From NCBI GenBank assembly GCA_030704615.1, contig CM060732.1, forward strand, positions 61,442,001 to 61,506,000: a stretch of 64,000 nt of DNA, written 5' to 3'. Shown in pieces: positions 62,208 through 64,000 of this stretch (position 1 is its first letter; each line of letters begins with the position of its first letter). The DNA comes from Takakia lepidozioides. Lineage: Eukaryota; Plantae; Bryophyta. Made by a program: the position numbers and the translations under genes. Under the pieces are notes generated by a model. It worked only from the letters and a program-made list of their open reading frames with translations, was not told the origin of the DNA and did not search any database.

Positions 62208-64000
62208 GGTTGCTGAAGGTATGTTTGGACCTCCAAGTTACAATAAACTAGGGCACGTTATGTTGGAGATGCTCAATGCAATTTTCGAGATTTTTCCATG
62301 TTAGGATTTCGTGCCCTTTTGATGACATTTAGATGTTCTACATCTGAATGTAAGCATCATGTTCAATATAAGGTACATGTAATATGATCTAAAAATGAGG
62401 CATAAGCCAAAACAAAAATGGAGATTGGCTATGGCAGGGGGCAATGTGCGAGGAAGGCTGTGGGACAGTTAGGAAAGGTTGAAGCCTACATTCATCCAGT
62501 CATCAGGAACTGCAGCTTATACTTGTTGAATTGTTCAACCACATTCATCGATGTCGTCTGCAATTGACAAAAGTTGGTGTGTGATAAATCTTTGGGTGTG
62601 TTGTTGTAGGTGGTTTTTGGTAATGGCCGAATTATGTAGTAGAACTTATCATTTGGGTTGCACAATGTGACCGCTATTTCTAGCAACGGATTCGTCACAT
62701 GCAGCACCACTTTGGCGACAGTTCGTGAATATTGTCCATGAGGTACTTTTAGTGTGATAGAAATATTTTCTTAAAAAGACATCTCATGTTTACTGTTGAT
62801 GAACTTTGGTTGATCTACCTGTGCTAGATCTCAGAAGTCCTTCATTTGTCTGCTCAACTGAGGTTACCGAATCGGATTTAGAAACTCCACGACATTGGTC
62901 GAGACAAATATGGGGGTAGAACTCCTCGCCAGTTGGCAAAATGTCATGGCGTCCTCATAAGATTGGGCTCATAACATGTCATTTCAATTGTAATCAATAG
63001 CTATGAGAATATACTAGCTTCACATGTGTCGTGCACAACTACATCGTTATCCAAACCACACAACACACATGTAATCACAAACCAATCTGCCACAATGATA
63101 TAGAAAACTGAACATCATCACTCATAAATTATGAATCAAGCCTAAGGCACCCTAAGCCATGGGGTTTCCATCTTTACTACGACAAACAGAAGCACACATG
63201 CTGCTGCAAGCTCGCCGCCGTGAGGCTCAACTCGAGAGAGATGAGCCTCACACGACGAGCAAGCAGATAAGTATGTGCAAGTGCCAATATAATCTTGGCA
63301 CCTCTTTTGTCACTTGGCCAGGTCCAAGTGCAAACTTATTAACTAGATATTATTCAGCTAGTTTCACACTAACAGTTCATTTAACTTGACACATGTAACT
63401 AAGTACGAATGAGGAGTTCATCTGGGGCTTTTTTGTGCAACCCTAGCTGCCTCTCAAATGATGCATAGCAGAATGCAAAATAGCAAACCTGAACCATTAT
63501 CGAAAAGTGAGGAGACAGTGAAAGCATAAACTAACCTGGAGATGAAGGCCTCCAATGGAGAGTTGTTATCAAATCCCAACCTTACCTAAAATTGGACCAT
63601 AGAAGTCATACAAATGTAGTGTAGGTCTTACTAACCAATTTTTTTGCCAAGTTTGAACATTTCAACTCAAGACTTGACTCCAACATCACTTCATTGTTGA
63701 TCTAACATTTAGCTCTGCTTGAGGTAGCCAACCATCTGAAAATAATACATGGAGTTGTTTTCCCCTGCATAAGTCTTCAGGCTCATTAGGGCCACTTGCA
63801 CGGATTTCATAAAAGGCCAACTTACAATACAACACCTGGTAGAGCTAGAACCAGAGACAAGCACAAGTTCAAACAATAGTTGCTCCCCCAGTTTTACCCC
63901 CTTAAAAGCAATTCTCGACCTCTCATACTTGTAAAGAGCATAGGCAATGATTTTTACCACACGTGAAAGTTTTGGAGTAAAACCGACAAACTAGGCATCA

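Noticed and set aside
62400-64000. Short minus-strand ORFs (62492-62710, 63709-63960)
   Set aside because: No recognisable motif or consistent exon structure

Overview
Repeat-rich nuclear DNA from a land plant, probably a non-seed plant (inferred from the PPR-DYW editing-factor pseudogenes and an intact calcyphosin-like EF-hand gene). The only clearly intact host gene is a 7-exon calcyphosin-like gene at 58509-62207 (-). The rest is nested Ty3/Gypsy LTR elements, MITE/Helitron-like pieces and PPR pseudogenes. The most interesting structure is a ~12 kb cargo-carrying DNA transposon. It holds a Zn-finger(GCM-like)/MULE-DDE/SWIM transposase and, divergently, an intron-containing ParB-like + beta-class amino-methyltransferase-like fusion gene. 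The apparent first intron of that gene contains 19 tandem ~116-bp units, each built around a conserved 36-bp palindrome (GCTCAAACAGTGTGCG-N4-CGCACACTGTTTGAGC). The element becomes contiguous only after undoing an ~8.8 kb inversion (~9134-17960), which four independent sequence junctions support. A diverged relic with similar terminal motifs and palindrome lies at ~56.7-57.3 kb. All protein family calls come from motif recognition by eye; no searches were run.
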